From Veleropilina oligotropha (Eukaryota), in contig JBEUKZ010000010.1 of assembly GCA_048128005.1 (NCBI GenBank), forward strand, positions 248,001 to 312,000: a DNA stretch of 64,000 nucleotides. The letters run 5' to 3'. The translations under genes and the position numbers were made by a program. The notes under the pieces are model-generated. The model made no database searches, had not been told where the DNA came from, and worked only from the letters and a program-made list of their open reading frames with translations. This document shows, piece by piece, positions 63,322-64,000 of the stretch (position 1 is the first letter of the stretch; each line of letters starts with the position of its first letter).

Positions 63322-63823
63322 AGCGGATACAGAGAGAGGGGGGAGGGGTCTGGACCGTTGATTGTCAAAATGTTCTTCGACCAAGTGGTCTGGACCCCTT
63401 CGATTTGACAATCAGAAATACATGTATTGGATTGTCAAAAAACGAAATATGTGCGGATGCAATTTAGTGAAAATGGTTTATGGTTCATAAGAAATAGCGA
63501 ATTTGAACTGCCAGAATGCAGGAGGTGTCGCGCATCATTAATTGTCAAATTTTAATGGGGGTCACACATCATTAATTGTCAAAATTTAGGGGGTTTTGAG
63601 GGATTTCACGCCATTAATAGGCAATTTTTCTGGTAATCCAGGTGATCCGAACTCCCTTGGAAAATCAGAATTGTATGTGTTTGATTGAGAAAATACGAAA
63701 GATTGCCTCATATATATATACAATGCAGAAGACGGGGTTTCACACCGTTAATTGTCAAAATTTTATCGATATAATATTTGGTCAAAGTTGGGCCCCCTCC
63801 TTTTCAAAATCCTGGATCCGTCC
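63322..63823. mobile_element. Degenerate MITE related to 34599-35035
   Basis: GCGGATACAG...CTGGATCCG ends and shared TTAATTGTCAAAAT internal motifs. Confidence 0.45.
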
Positions 63824-64000
63824 ATCTAAACACACTAAAGAACATTATATGCATTTTGCTTTTGTGATTAAATATAAAGTATATAGCCTAACATTGTAAA
63901 GGGGTAATAAAGCTAAGAAAGCATAAAATTCAATATTCGAATAAGGTTCGCTATCGGTCTTGTTTTCAGAAAATTGAAAGTTCTCACTGCAATTCGCCCG

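Overview
Eukaryotic, AT-rich, transposon-dense window; the repeat families suggest a marine invertebrate such as a lophotrochozoan (inference). No host protein-coding gene could be recognised. It opens with the 3' part of a DIRS1-like tyrosine-recombinase retrotransposon (1-5592: gag, disrupted RT/RNaseH/MT, intact YR, ICR and right ITR). Next come about 37 kb of Helentron-type non-autonomous elements, MITEs, tRNA-SINEs, RTE/CR1/L2 LINE fragments and a nested tandem duplication. The main feature is an apparently intact 16.8-kb Polinton/Maverick (42735-59554) with AGTAGT...ACTACT ends, ~650-bp TIRs and a 6-bp TSD CATGTT. It sits in a MULE-like foldback element (9-bp TSD) that itself splits a SINE. 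It encodes pPolB, integrase, packaging ATPase, major and minimal minor capsid, PW, tandem-PC4 and C2H2 proteins, but no visible maturation protease or PZ. Its left accessory arm carries an apparently spliced gene for a small bacterial-toxin-like (EndoU/BECR-type) RNase, facing an array of repeats that each contain a tRNA T-arm/Pol III B-box. This pair is the best candidate for an undescribed system.
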